A model generated the notes under the pieces. The model had not been told where the DNA came from, made no database searches, and saw nothing but the letters and a program-made list of their open reading frames with translations. The position numbers were made by a program, and so were the translations under genes. A DNA stretch of 64,000 nt from an uncultured Pseudomonadota bacterium (GTDB taxonomy: Bacteria > Oederibacteriota > Muellerivitia > Muellerivitales > Muellerivitaceae): the NCBI GenBank assembly GCA_963770835.1, contig CAVYRH010000005.1, positions 32,001 to 96,000 of the forward strand, in the 5' to 3' direction. Shown piece by piece: positions 10,293 to 19,242 of the stretch (position 1 is its first letter; each line of letters starts with the position of its first letter).

Positions 10293-11044
10293 AAAGTAAA
10301 TTCAATTGGGTCGCCGGCTTTGGCGCGTTTATTTTTTTGGCTCCCGGAGTAAGCTCACTGGCCGCGGACATTCCTTTCCCGGCCCTCCATATCGGCGTGG
10401 ACCAAGCCAAAACCCCCCAAGACGTAGCCATGAGTCTTCAAATTATTTTAGTGTTGACGGTCCTTTCTTTGGCGCCCGCCATTCTGATTATGATGACTTC
10501 CTTTACACGCATCGTCATCATCCTGGGTTTCTTGAGGCAGGGATTGGGTACCCAACAGGTTCCTCCTAACCAGGTTTTGGTGGGATTGGCACTTTTCCTC
10601 ACTTTTTTCACCATGCAACCTACTTTTGAGAGGATCGATAAGGAGGCTTTAACTCCTTATCTCTCCGGGAAATTGGGGACTTCAGATGCGTTTAAAAAGG
10701 CCGAGGATCCCTTGCGGCAATTTATGTTCAAACAGGTCCGGGAAAAGGACTTGGCTCTCTTCGTCGCCCTTTCCAAATCCAGCCGCCCCCGGACTCCCGC
10801 GGATATTTCAACCTGGGTCCTCATCCCGGCCTTTGTGATCGGTGAATTGAAAAAATCTTTTGAGATGGGCTTCATCATCTTCATTCCTTTCTTGATTATT
10901 GACATGGTGACGGCTTCCGTTTTGATGTCGATGGGCATGCTCATGCTGCCCCCGGTCCTTATCTCCCTGCCGTTCAAGATATTACTTTTTATCATGGTGG
11001 ATGGCTGGAACTTGATTGTTCGTTCGATCGCTTTGAGCTTTTAG
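10289..11044 (+). CDS. fliP: Flagellar export gate FliP
   Basis: MMTSFTRIVI, GTQQVPPNQV, MGMLMLPP, LPFKILLF, DGW. Confidence 0.98.
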   Translation: MKSKFNWVAGFGAFIFLAPGVSSLAADIPFPALHIGVDQAKTPQDVAMSLQIILVLTVLSLAPAILIMMTSFTRIVIILGFLRQGLGTQQVPPNQVLVGLALFLTFFTMQPTFERIDKEALTPYLSGKLGTSDAFKKAEDPLRQFMFKQVREKDLALFVALSKSSRPRTPADISTWVLIPAFVIGELKKSFEMGFIIFIPFLIIDMVTASVLMSMGMLMLPPVLISLPFKILLFIMVDGWNLIVRSIALSF

Positions 11045-11061
11045 CCGAATTCGAGGTATCC

Positions 11062-11331
11062 ATGTCCGTTGAATTTATCGCCGATTTGGCCAGCCGGGCC
11101 CTTTGGGTCACCCTTCTTGTTTCCGGGCCCATTTTGGGGTTGGGCCTATTGGTCGGCGTGGCGGTGTCGATTTTCCAGGCGGTAACCCAGATCCAGGAAA
11201 TGACCCTGACCTTCATCCCCAAAATTATTGCTATTTTCGTTGCCATCCTCGTTTTCGGGAAGTGGATGATGTTGATCCTTTTAAATTTCACATCGAACTT
11301 GTGGATCAACTTGCCCAATTACGTGAAGTGA
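11062..11331 (+). CDS. fliQ: Flagellar export gate FliQ
   Basis: FQAVTQIQEMTLTFIPK. Confidence 0.98.
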   Translation: MSVEFIADLASRALWVTLLVSGPILGLGLLVGVAVSIFQAVTQIQEMTLTFIPKIIAIFVAILVFGKWMMLILLNFTSNLWINLPNYVK

Positions 11332-11338
11332 GGCGCCT

Positions 11339-12124
11339 GTGCCGACGAACCCCTTTGAATTTGACCCGAAAGACGTAGTGGCTTTTGTCTTGGTATTGAT
11401 GAGGGCCGCTGGAATATTCCTAACGGCACCAGTCTTTTCCAGCCGCAACATACCAGTTACAGTGAAGGCTTCTTGGATCCTTTTGGTGGCCTTCCTGGTT
11501 TTCCCGGTGGTGGATTTTAAGTCCCTAACTCTCCCGTCTTCTGGCATCCCCCTAACCTTGGCCGTTATGAGGGAACTTTTAATCGGTTTTTCCATCGGTT
11601 TGGGGGCGACCCTGATTTTCACCGGGATTCAATTAGCAGGGCAGATTGTTGACATCCAGATGGGGTTGGGTATGGTCAATATCATCGACCCCACGACGAA
11701 TATCCAGATTTCCGCCATGGGCCAATATTATTTCATGGTCGCGACACTAGTGTTCCTCGCGGTGGACGGCCATCACGTTCTTTTAAGAAGCGTAGTCGAT
11801 AGTTTTAACATCGTTCCACTGGGCCAAGCTCATTTTTCCACCGCTTTGGGGACGGAAATGATGAATTTGTTTTCACAGGTTTTTTTCATTGCCTTCCGGG
11901 TGGGGGCCCCTGTCATTGGAGCTCTTTTTATCACCAACATGGCCTTAGGAATCGTGGCCCGCACGGTACCCCAGATGAATGTTTTCATCGTGGGGATGCC
12001 GTTGAACCTTGCGGTGGGGTTCCTTATCACCGCCGTATCGATGAGTTTTTTCACTTTTATCCTGCAGGGATTGTTTAAGGGGATGTACCGTGATTTGTCT
12101 ATTCTCTTGCATGCTATGCAGTGA
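11339..12124 (+). CDS. fliR: Flagellar export gate FliR
   Basis: AGQIVDIQMG, DGHH, RTVPQMNVF; polytopic membrane protein. Confidence 0.97.
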   Translation: MPTNPFEFDPKDVVAFVLVLMRAAGIFLTAPVFSSRNIPVTVKASWILLVAFLVFPVVDFKSLTLPSSGIPLTLAVMRELLIGFSIGLGATLIFTGIQLAGQIVDIQMGLGMVNIIDPTTNIQISAMGQYYFMVATLVFLAVDGHHVLLRSVVDSFNIVPLGQAHFSTALGTEMMNLFSQVFFIAFRVGAPVIGALFITNMALGIVARTVPQMNVFIVGMPLNLAVGFLITAVSMSFFTFILQGLFKGMYRDLSILLHAMQ

Positions 12125-12158
12125 AATAAAACATTAATTCATAATTTTTTTAGGGGTC

Positions 12159-13235
12159 ATGATGGCAGATCCGGCACGCAGTGAAAAAGCAACACCTCGC
12201 AGGCGGCAGGAGGCCCGGGAAAAAGGTCAAATCGCTCGTTCGGTCGAGGTCAACTCAGCTTTGGTCCTTTTGGCGGCCTTGACCGCTTTCCGCTTTGCCG
12301 GGCCCTACATGGTTGATTCGGTCAACCAAATGGCGGTCTTTACCTTCCAAAACATGAATGCGACTTTCGGGATGGAGAATGTCTCCACCATGGCCGTTTT
12401 TTACTTGTTGCAGGTCTTCAAAATCATCGCCCCGGTCCTGGGAACAGTGCTGCTGGTGGGACTTCTCATCAATTATCTGCAGGTTGGCGTTTTGTTTACG
12501 ATGAAGCCCCTGACGCCCAAGTTCAACAATATCAACCCTATCAGTGGGTTCGAAAAGCTTTTCTCGCGAAGGTCCGCCGTCGAGTTCCTGAAGTCCCTCC
12601 TGAAACTCTTTCTCATCGGATGGATCGCCTACGTGGGGGTCAAGGGGGCCCTGCCCCGCCTGGTTCCGACAATGGATATGCCAGGGGTGGAGCCGTTGAA
12701 ATTCGTTGGAAGTTTAACGATGAAAATCCTCGATTGGATTCTTTTGGCCCTGGCTGCCTTAGCGCTTTTGGATTACCTCTATCAAAGGTGGGAGTATGAA
12801 GAGAGCCTGAAAATGACGAAGCAGGAAGTCCGGGATGATTTCAAACAAAGCGAAGGCGATCCCATGATCAAGGCAAGAATCCGCCAAATTCAGAGGGAAA
12901 TGGCCCGGCGCCGGATGTTTGAGTCCATCCCACGCGCGGATGTCGTTATCACCAACCCCACCCACGTGGCGGTGGCCTTGGAATACAAGGACGGGATGTC
13001 AGCTCCAGTGGTTTTGGCAAAAGGGGAAAGGGTAATTGCGGAACGTATCAAGGAAATGGCCAGAAAACATAACATTCCCGTGTTGGAAAACCCGCCCCTG
13101 GCGCGTGCCCTCTTGAAACAGTGTCCGGTGGGGGCCCCCATTTCTCCCGACCTTTTTGAAGCGGTTGCGGAGGTATTGGCTTTCGTTTACCGTATGAATA
13201 AAAAAACAAAAGGAGTTTCCACAGGCCTTTCGTAA
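12159..13235 (+). CDS. flhB: Flagellar export switch protein FlhB
   Basis: SEKATPRRRQEAREKGQ, EGDPMIK, intact NPTH autocleavage motif. Confidence 0.98.
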   Translation: MMADPARSEKATPRRRQEAREKGQIARSVEVNSALVLLAALTAFRFAGPYMVDSVNQMAVFTFQNMNATFGMENVSTMAVFYLLQVFKIIAPVLGTVLLVGLLINYLQVGVLFTMKPLTPKFNNINPISGFEKLFSRRSAVEFLKSLLKLFLIGWIAYVGVKGALPRLVPTMDMPGVEPLKFVGSLTMKILDWILLALAALALLDYLYQRWEYEESLKMTKQEVRDDFKQSEGDPMIKARIRQIQREMARRRMFESIPRADVVITNPTHVAVALEYKDGMSAPVVLAKGERVIAERIKEMARKHNIPVLENPPLARALLKQCPVGAPISPDLFEAVAEVLAFVYRMNKKTKGVSTGLS

Positions 13236-13378
13236 GCGGATGGCAGGGAAAGTAAGGGGCGGGAATAAGCCGTCAGGGACTAGCTTTTGCCAGGCAAAGT
13301 TGGGTGAACTAATCCGAAAATAAGGATACAATACGGATTCGCCTGGAAGCGTCGGTCCGAACCTATTTCGAGGAAAAA

Positions 13379-15460
13379 ATGGCTGAAGCCACAACCTTTA
13401 ACAACGTCCAAAAATACAGCGATTTATTCGTCGCCTTTATAGTGATTCTGTGCGTTCTGATGCTTATTATTCCATTGCCCTCTTGGATGCTCGATATTCT
13501 TATTTCTTTAAATCTTGCGATGGCTCTTGTGGTGGCAATGATCACCATGTACACCCTGGAGCCCCTCCATTTCTCTATTTTCCCGACTTTACTTCTCATC
13601 ACAACGATTTTCCGATTGGCTTTAAATATTTCCGCTACACGGCTCATTTTAAATAAAGGAGCAACGGGTACTGCGGCGGCAGGAAAAGTCATTGAGGCCG
13701 TCGGAGCTTTTATGATCGGTGGAAACTATTGGGTCGGCTTCGTGATCTTCCTCATCCTTATCATCGTCCAATTCGTGGTCATTACCAGTGGTGCCCAGCG
13801 TGTGGCGGAAGTGGCGGCCCGGTTCACCTTGGATGCCATGCCGGGAAAGCAAATGGCTATCGACGCAGACTTGAATTCTGGGCTCATTACGGACGACCAA
13901 GCGCGAAAGAGGCGCAAGGATATTGAGAAGGAAGCAGATTTTTATGGAGCCATGGACGGTGCCAGCAAATTCGTCCGGGGGGACGCCATCGCGGCCATCA
14001 TTATCGTGGTGGTCAACATCCTAGGAGGATTCGCTGTGGGTCTCTTAAGTGGTGGGATGACCCTGCCTGAGGTTCTCCAGCGCTATACGTTATTAACCAT
14101 CGGCGATGGACTGGCCACTCAAATCCCTGCCCTCCTGCTTTCCTTTGCCACTGGCGTTGTAGTGACCCGCGCCGCCTCGGACAGTAACCTGGGGACGGAT
14201 TTGGTCAAACAAATCATGTCCCAGCCTAGAGCCCTGTGGATAGCTTCTGCGGTTCTATTTATAGCTGGCCTTGTCCCGGGATTGCCTTGGGCCTTTTTCA
14301 TTGTTTCCCTTTTGGTTGGTGGTTTGGCTTTTTTTGTCCAACAAACCTTGCGTCGGGAGATGGAGGCAGCCGAACAAGCCAAAACCCAACCGGGTGTTGA
14401 GAAAAAGAAAGAACCGGAAAACGTCTCGTCACTTTTACAAGTGGATCATTTGGAGGTGGAAATCGGCTATAGCTTGATCCCGTTGGTGGATGAGGAACAA
14501 CATGGGGATCTTTTGGAGCGCATCACGGGTATCCGTCGGCAAATGGCCAGCGATTTGGGGCTTGTGGTTCCTCCCATCCGTATCCGTGACAACATGCAGT
14601 TACAGCCCTCGGAGTACGTGATTAAGATCAAGGGCGTGGAGGTTTCCAAGTGGAAAATAATGCCGGGGCATCTTTTGGCGATGTCGACGGGGCCGAACTT
14701 GCCCGTCCTGCGGGGCATTGAAACTAAGGAGCCCACTTTCAACCTCACCGCTTACTGGATTACGGATGAGGAGAGAGGAATGGCAGAGCAGGTTGGTTAT
14801 TCCGTGGTGGACGCCTCAACCGTTATTGCCACCCACTTGACGGAAGTAATCCGCAATCACGCCCATGAGTTTTTAACCCGCCAGAGCGTGGCCAAACTTC
14901 TGGATACAGTGAAAAAGGATTCACCAACGGTGGTGGACGAGCTGGTTCCCACTCAACTTTCGATAGGAGATCTCCAAAAAATTCTCCAAAATCTCTTAAA
15001 GGAACATATCCCGATCCGGGATTTGGAAAGCATCCTGGAGGCGGTGGCCGACCATGTCCGGGAAACCAAGGATGTTCAGCTTTTAACCGAGTACGCCCGG
15101 AAGGGCTTGGCCCGTTCCATTACCAAGTTGCACCAGGCCGCCGACGGCAAGGTTTACGCACTGACCCTGGACCCCCGATTTGAGAAGAAAATCATGGATT
15201 CGGTGCAGGCGGCGGAGAGTGGCGCCGTTTCCGCCGTCGACCCCAAGCTCCTCCAGCAAATGTTTCGGAGCTTGTCCCAGGGTATCGAAAAAATGGCCGG
15301 AGCCAACCGGCAACCGTTGGTTCTTTGTTCGCCCAATGTGAGGCCCTATTTTAAGAAGTTAGTCGAAAGGTTTATCCCCCATTTGACGGTGGTTTCCTTC
15401 AGTGAACTATTGCCGAGGACGGAAATTCAGTCCGTCGGCACGATCGAGGCGGGAGAATGA
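13379..15460 (+). CDS. flhA: Flagellar export gate FlhA
   Basis: FHIPEP signature RVAEVAARFTLDAMPGKQMAIDADL and FYGAMDGASKFVRGDA. Confidence 0.98.
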   Translation: MAEATTFNNVQKYSDLFVAFIVILCVLMLIIPLPSWMLDILISLNLAMALVVAMITMYTLEPLHFSIFPTLLLITTIFRLALNISATRLILNKGATGTAAAGKVIEAVGAFMIGGNYWVGFVIFLILIIVQFVVITSGAQRVAEVAARFTLDAMPGKQMAIDADLNSGLITDDQARKRRKDIEKEADFYGAMDGASKFVRGDAIAAIIIVVVNILGGFAVGLLSGGMTLPEVLQRYTLLTIGDGLATQIPALLLSFATGVVVTRAASDSNLGTDLVKQIMSQPRALWIASAVLFIAGLVPGLPWAFFIVSLLVGGLAFFVQQTLRREMEAAEQAKTQPGVEKKKEPENVSSLLQVDHLEVEIGYSLIPLVDEEQHGDLLERITGIRRQMASDLGLVVPPIRIRDNMQLQPSEYVIKIKGVEVSKWKIMPGHLLAMSTGPNLPVLRGIETKEPTFNLTAYWITDEERGMAEQVGYSVVDASTVIATHLTEVIRNHAHEFLTRQSVAKLLDTVKKDSPTVVDELVPTQLSIGDLQKILQNLLKEHIPIRDLESILEAVADHVRETKDVQLLTEYARKGLARSITKLHQAADGKVYALTLDPRFEKKIMDSVQAAESGAVSAVDPKLLQQMFRSLSQGIEKMAGANRQPLVLCSPNVRPYFKKLVERFIPHLTVVSFSELLPRTEIQSVGTIEAGE

Positions 15461-16650
15461 GAATCAAGCGCTACGAAGCTCCCACCATTCAAGAAGCCCT
15501 TATGAAAGTAAAAAAGGATTTAGGGCCAGAAGCCGTCATTTTGTACACCAAGACCTTCCGTAAGGGAGGGGTTTTGGGCCTTTTCGGCCGTCCGATGGCC
15601 GAAATCACCGCGGGGGTGGATTTGAACCTTCTCGACGACGTGGCTAAAAGGAAAGGCGTTCCCGTTCCGGTTTCCGACCGCACGGAGGGCCCCTTGCTAA
15701 AGACGACGGCTACCGCCGCTGTTGCCCCCCCTCCCCCAATGGGTTCCTTGGATCCCGCCCGGGCGAAGGTAAAAGCCCTTCAACGCGAACTCAATGAAAT
15801 GAAAACGTCCAGCCTAGCGACGGTTTTGAGGGACTTGAACCCGGCCGATACTTCCATTCTTTTATCCGAGGGTTTCAATAAGGTGAAGAAAAAAATGGTG
15901 CGCCAGGAAGTGGAGGACTTTTTGATCCAAAGGATCATCAAGGGGATGATCGCGGAAAAGATCGATCCGGAAAAAAACGAGGAGTTGTCGGCTTGGCTCC
16001 GGCAGTTCGTCGCAGGCACGGTTAAAATCGCACCCCCGTCAACAGCCGTCAATTTCCAGAAAGTGATCGCTTTTGTGGGCCCCACGGGTGTGGGGAAAAC
16101 AACCACTTTGGCGAAGTTGGCGGCCCGTTACAGCCTGATGGAACGGAAAAAGGTCGCCATGGTGACGGCGGATACTTATCGTATCGCGGCCACTGAACAA
16201 CTCAAGACCTACGGCAGGATCATGGGGATTCCTGTGGAAGTGGCGGATTCGGCGGAGGACATTTCAGGAATCCTGGCTAAGTATAAAAATATGGACTTGG
16301 TTTTGGTTGATACGGCTGGCCGCAGCCCTTCGAACGAGGAACAATTGGAAGAACTGAAACGGTTCATCGCCCGCAGCCAACCGGATGAGATACACTTGGT
16401 TTTATCCGCCACCACCAAATATTACGACATGATCCGAATCATTGAGCGTTTCGGGGCGGCGGTTCCCATCAATCGGATGATTTTCACCAAGTTGGACGAA
16501 ACCCGCTTTTACGGGGCTTTTTTAAACTTGATGAATAATTTTCAAATTCCGCTTTCATATTATTCGACGGGACAAAATGTTCCGGATGACCTGGAAGTTC
16601 CGGAGGCCCATTCTTTGGCCGATCGGATCACGAAGGCGCTGTTAAGCTAG
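15457..16650 (+). CDS. flhF: SRP-family GTPase FlhF
   Basis: GPTGVGKTTT, DTYRIAA, DTAGRS, TKLDET, GQNVPDDL. Confidence 0.97.
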   Translation: MRIKRYEAPTIQEALMKVKKDLGPEAVILYTKTFRKGGVLGLFGRPMAEITAGVDLNLLDDVAKRKGVPVPVSDRTEGPLLKTTATAAVAPPPPMGSLDPARAKVKALQRELNEMKTSSLATVLRDLNPADTSILLSEGFNKVKKKMVRQEVEDFLIQRIIKGMIAEKIDPEKNEELSAWLRQFVAGTVKIAPPSTAVNFQKVIAFVGPTGVGKTTTLAKLAARYSLMERKKVAMVTADTYRIAATEQLKTYGRIMGIPVEVADSAEDISGILAKYKNMDLVLVDTAGRSPSNEEQLEELKRFIARSQPDEIHLVLSATTKYYDMIRIIERFGAAVPINRMIFTKLDETRFYGAFLNLMNNFQIPLSYYSTGQNVPDDLEVPEAHSLADRITKALLS

Positions 16651-16658
16651 GGGGACCC

Positions 16659-17558
16659 ATGCAGGATCAAGCCGAAAGACTGCGCCAGTTGGTGGGGCGG
16701 ATAAACACGCCGGAGATTTTGGAAAGCCGGCTGGCACATCCCTCCTCCTGTCGGGTCATCGCCGTCACCAGCGGCAAGGGCGGCGTTGGAAAGACGAACA
16801 TTTCAGTGAACTTGGCGCTCGCCATGGCTAATAAGGGGAAGAATGTCCTTCTGTTCGACGCGGACATGGGCCTGGCCAATGTGGATGTCATGTTGGGGAT
16901 GATGCCCCAATACACGCTTTTGCATGTTCTGAATGGGCAAAAAACCCTTGCTGAGATCATCACCGAAGCTCCGGGCGGGATTAGGATCGTGGCCTCGGGT
17001 TCCGGCGGGGTCCAGGAGCTGGCAGATTTAAACGAGTCCCAGCGGGGCAAGTTTTTAACCGCCCTTCAGGAACTTCAACACCAGGCTGAAGTGATACTTA
17101 TCGATACGGGAGCCGGGCTGCACCGGAACGTATTGGCCTTCGCGCTGGCCGCAGAGGAAGTGGTTATCGTCACGACCCCGGAACCGACGGCTCTAATGGA
17201 TGCTTACGGCATGATCAAGATCCTCCACCGGGAAAAGCGCGAGCCCCAAATCCAAGTGGTGGTTAATATGGCTGGAAGCCAATTGGAAGCCGACGAGGCT
17301 GGCCAGAAATTGACGGTACTCTCGAAGCGGTTTCTGGACTTGAAGGTGGAATATCTGGGTTTCATCTTGAGGGACCCCGGGATGGTGAGGGCGGTGAAGG
17401 AGCAAAAACCGGTGATGTTATCCTCGCCCATGGGCCCTTCCGCCTTAAGCCTGAACCGGCTAGCCGAAATCCTCTTGTCGGGAAAATCCAAGGCCGGGGA
17501 AGGAAACTTGCTCCAGTTTTTTAAAAAGGTCACACAAATTTTCGGTGGTAAAGACTGA
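16659..17558 (+). CDS. flhG: MinD-like ATPase FlhG/FleN
   Basis: N-terminal DQAERLR, SGKGGVGKT, DADMGLANVD, TPEPTALMDAY. Confidence 0.96.
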   Translation: MQDQAERLRQLVGRINTPEILESRLAHPSSCRVIAVTSGKGGVGKTNISVNLALAMANKGKNVLLFDADMGLANVDVMLGMMPQYTLLHVLNGQKTLAEIITEAPGGIRIVASGSGGVQELADLNESQRGKFLTALQELQHQAEVILIDTGAGLHRNVLAFALAAEEVVIVTTPEPTALMDAYGMIKILHREKREPQIQVVVNMAGSQLEADEAGQKLTVLSKRFLDLKVEYLGFILRDPGMVRAVKEQKPVMLSSPMGPSALSLNRLAEILLSGKSKAGEGNLLQFFKKVTQIFGGKD

Positions 17559-17962
17559 TGGCGGAATCGAAAAAAAACCAAAAAAGGCGGTTTGTCCGAC
17601 TCGATGTGGTTTTGCCGGTGAAATACCGGAAATACACAGGTAATCCCGTTTTTCATGGATCATTCAATGTTGGCCGTACCAAAGACCTGTCCATCGGGGG
17701 CATCAAGATGAGTGTTAGCAAGCCGATTCCCGCTGGTACAAAGTTGGATATGGAGCTCGAATTGGAAGAGGATATCCGGCCTTACATTGTCGGTAAAACT
17801 TTGGGTGGCGAGGACAAAGTGGTCGATGGAATTTCCCGGAGAATCGAAAAAGTGAGTTTTGTGGAAGTAGACTCGGACGCCCAGGATATGATGATGAAAT
17901 TTATTTTTGATTACCAGCGCAAGGAAGTCCGGAAGGACAAAAAAACGAGCGGGAGAAAATGA
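17558..17962 (+). CDS. Stand-alone PilZ-domain (c-di-GMP-binding) protein
   Basis: RxxxR (RRFVR) and DxSxxG (DLSIGG) motifs. Overlaps the flhG stop codon. Confidence 0.85.
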   Translation: MAESKKNQKRRFVRLDVVLPVKYRKYTGNPVFHGSFNVGRTKDLSIGGIKMSVSKPIPAGTKLDMELELEEDIRPYIVGKTLGGEDKVVDGISRRIEKVSFVEVDSDAQDMMMKFIFDYQRKEVRKDKKTSGRK

Positions 17963-18393
17963 TGGCAAAGCGTGATAAAGACCGTTTGTACTATGAAATC
18001 ACGAGGGAGAAGCCGTTCGGCGTTTTCCAAACGATGATGGTAGGAGGTTCGGCGGGATCAGTCGTTGGGTTTTTGATTGCCTCCCTGGTGGGAGCCTGTG
18101 CGGGCATGGATATGGATGCCGTCGTCCTCGCTTTTTTGGTTTCGAGCTTTCTGGGGTTCTTTTTTGGGGCAATTTTCACCTGGCTTGTCGTCCGCTATTT
18201 CTCGAAATGGATTTCGGACGCCACCTTAACCGGAGCAAAAGCAGTTCCAATTCCGTCCGAGGAAACTCTGCCGCTGGGCACCGAGTTGGGAACGGAAACG
18301 ATTGACGATTCAAGCGTGGTAACAGAAGAGGATGAAACCAAGGGAAAGTCGGTGGATTTTGTTTTTCCTGAACTTTCTCCCGACAAACAATAG
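17959..18393 (+). CDS. Hypothetical two-TM membrane protein with acidic tail
   Basis: Two hydrophobic segments. Overlaps the PilZ stop and abuts fliA. Confidence 0.75.
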   Translation: MMAKRDKDRLYYEITREKPFGVFQTMMVGGSAGSVVGFLIASLVGACAGMDMDAVVLAFLVSSFLGFFFGAIFTWLVVRYFSKWISDATLTGAKAVPIPSEETLPLGTELGTETIDDSSVVTEEDETKGKSVDFVFPELSPDKQ

Positions 18394-19242
18394 TTGAGGA
18401 AGATGCCCGACGGTAATTTAAACCCACTTTGGGCGCGGTTTTTGCGGCAGAAAAAGGATCTGCAGGCGCGTGATGACTTGGCGAAGACTTATTTTTTTTT
18501 GGTGGAGGCCGAGACCCGCAGGATGTTGGCCCGGTTACCTTTGAGGGCTTATTGGGAAAAAAGGGAAGATCTTGGATCGGCGGGAGTGATTGGCTTGTTA
18601 CAGGCCTTGGATCATTTCACGCCGCCCAAGGATAAACGCCACGATCCCGGTCGCGCTTTCGAGGCTTATGCCCGCTACCGGATTCGCGGTCAAATGGTGG
18701 ACGAATTAAGGAATTTGGATTTTGCCCGGCGCAATCTGCGTAAACAAGCCCGGGCGATCCAAGAAGCTGAAAGGAAATTGGAGGCCCGGTTTGGGAGATC
18801 TCCTCGGGAGGAGGAAACGGCCAAGGCCCTTGGTATACCGCTGAGTGAACTTTATGATTGGATCGCCGAAATTAACATGTTGAACCTTCTTTCGCTGGAC
18901 GCGGAGATCGCCGGGGGCGTTGAAGGAGGATCTTGGGCCGACCTTTTGGCGGACGCCAAGGCCGAGAATCCGCTTGATAAAGTTGAGAAACAAGAGAAAA
19001 TTGAACAGGTCGCGGAAGCCCTCAAGTTTTTAGGGGATGCGGAGCAAAAAGTACTTCATTTTTATTACGTCGAAACTCTGACTTTCAAGGAAATCGGAAG
19101 AATCCTGAAAGTCAGTGAATCGAGGGTTTGCCAGGTTCATCATATGGCGGTTTTTCGTCTGCAAGAGTTGTTGGACGAAAGGAGGAAGCATGGCGTTGCT
19201 CAAGGACGTGAACGGATACACGACCATCACCACCGAAAGTGA
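18394..19242 (+). CDS. fliA: RNA polymerase sigma-28 factor FliA/WhiG (start may be ATG 18403)
   Basis: EDLGSAGVIGLLQA, YARYRIRG, LTFKEIGRILKVSESRVCQVH. Confidence 0.93.
   Translation: MRKMPDGNLNPLWARFLRQKKDLQARDDLAKTYFFLVEAETRRMLARLPLRAYWEKREDLGSAGVIGLLQALDHFTPPKDKRHDPGRAFEAYARYRIRGQMVDELRNLDFARRNLRKQARAIQEAERKLEARFGRSPREEETAKALGIPLSELYDWIAEINMLNLLSLDAEIAGGVEGGSWADLLADAKAENPLDKVEKQEKIEQVAEALKFLGDAEQKVLHFYYVETLTFKEIGRILKVSESRVCQVHHMAVFRLQELLDERRKHGVAQGRERIHDHHHRK

Noticed and set aside
13270..13350. Possible c-di-GMP-I riboswitch (GGCAAA...) upstream of flhA
   Set aside because: No convincing GNRA-capped P2 stem, no GACGCAAA junction and no receptor stem.
19190..19242. His-rich FliA tail and 53-bp overlap with fapA
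   Set aside because: Best explained as a by-product of overlap with the fapA start rather than a functional motif.
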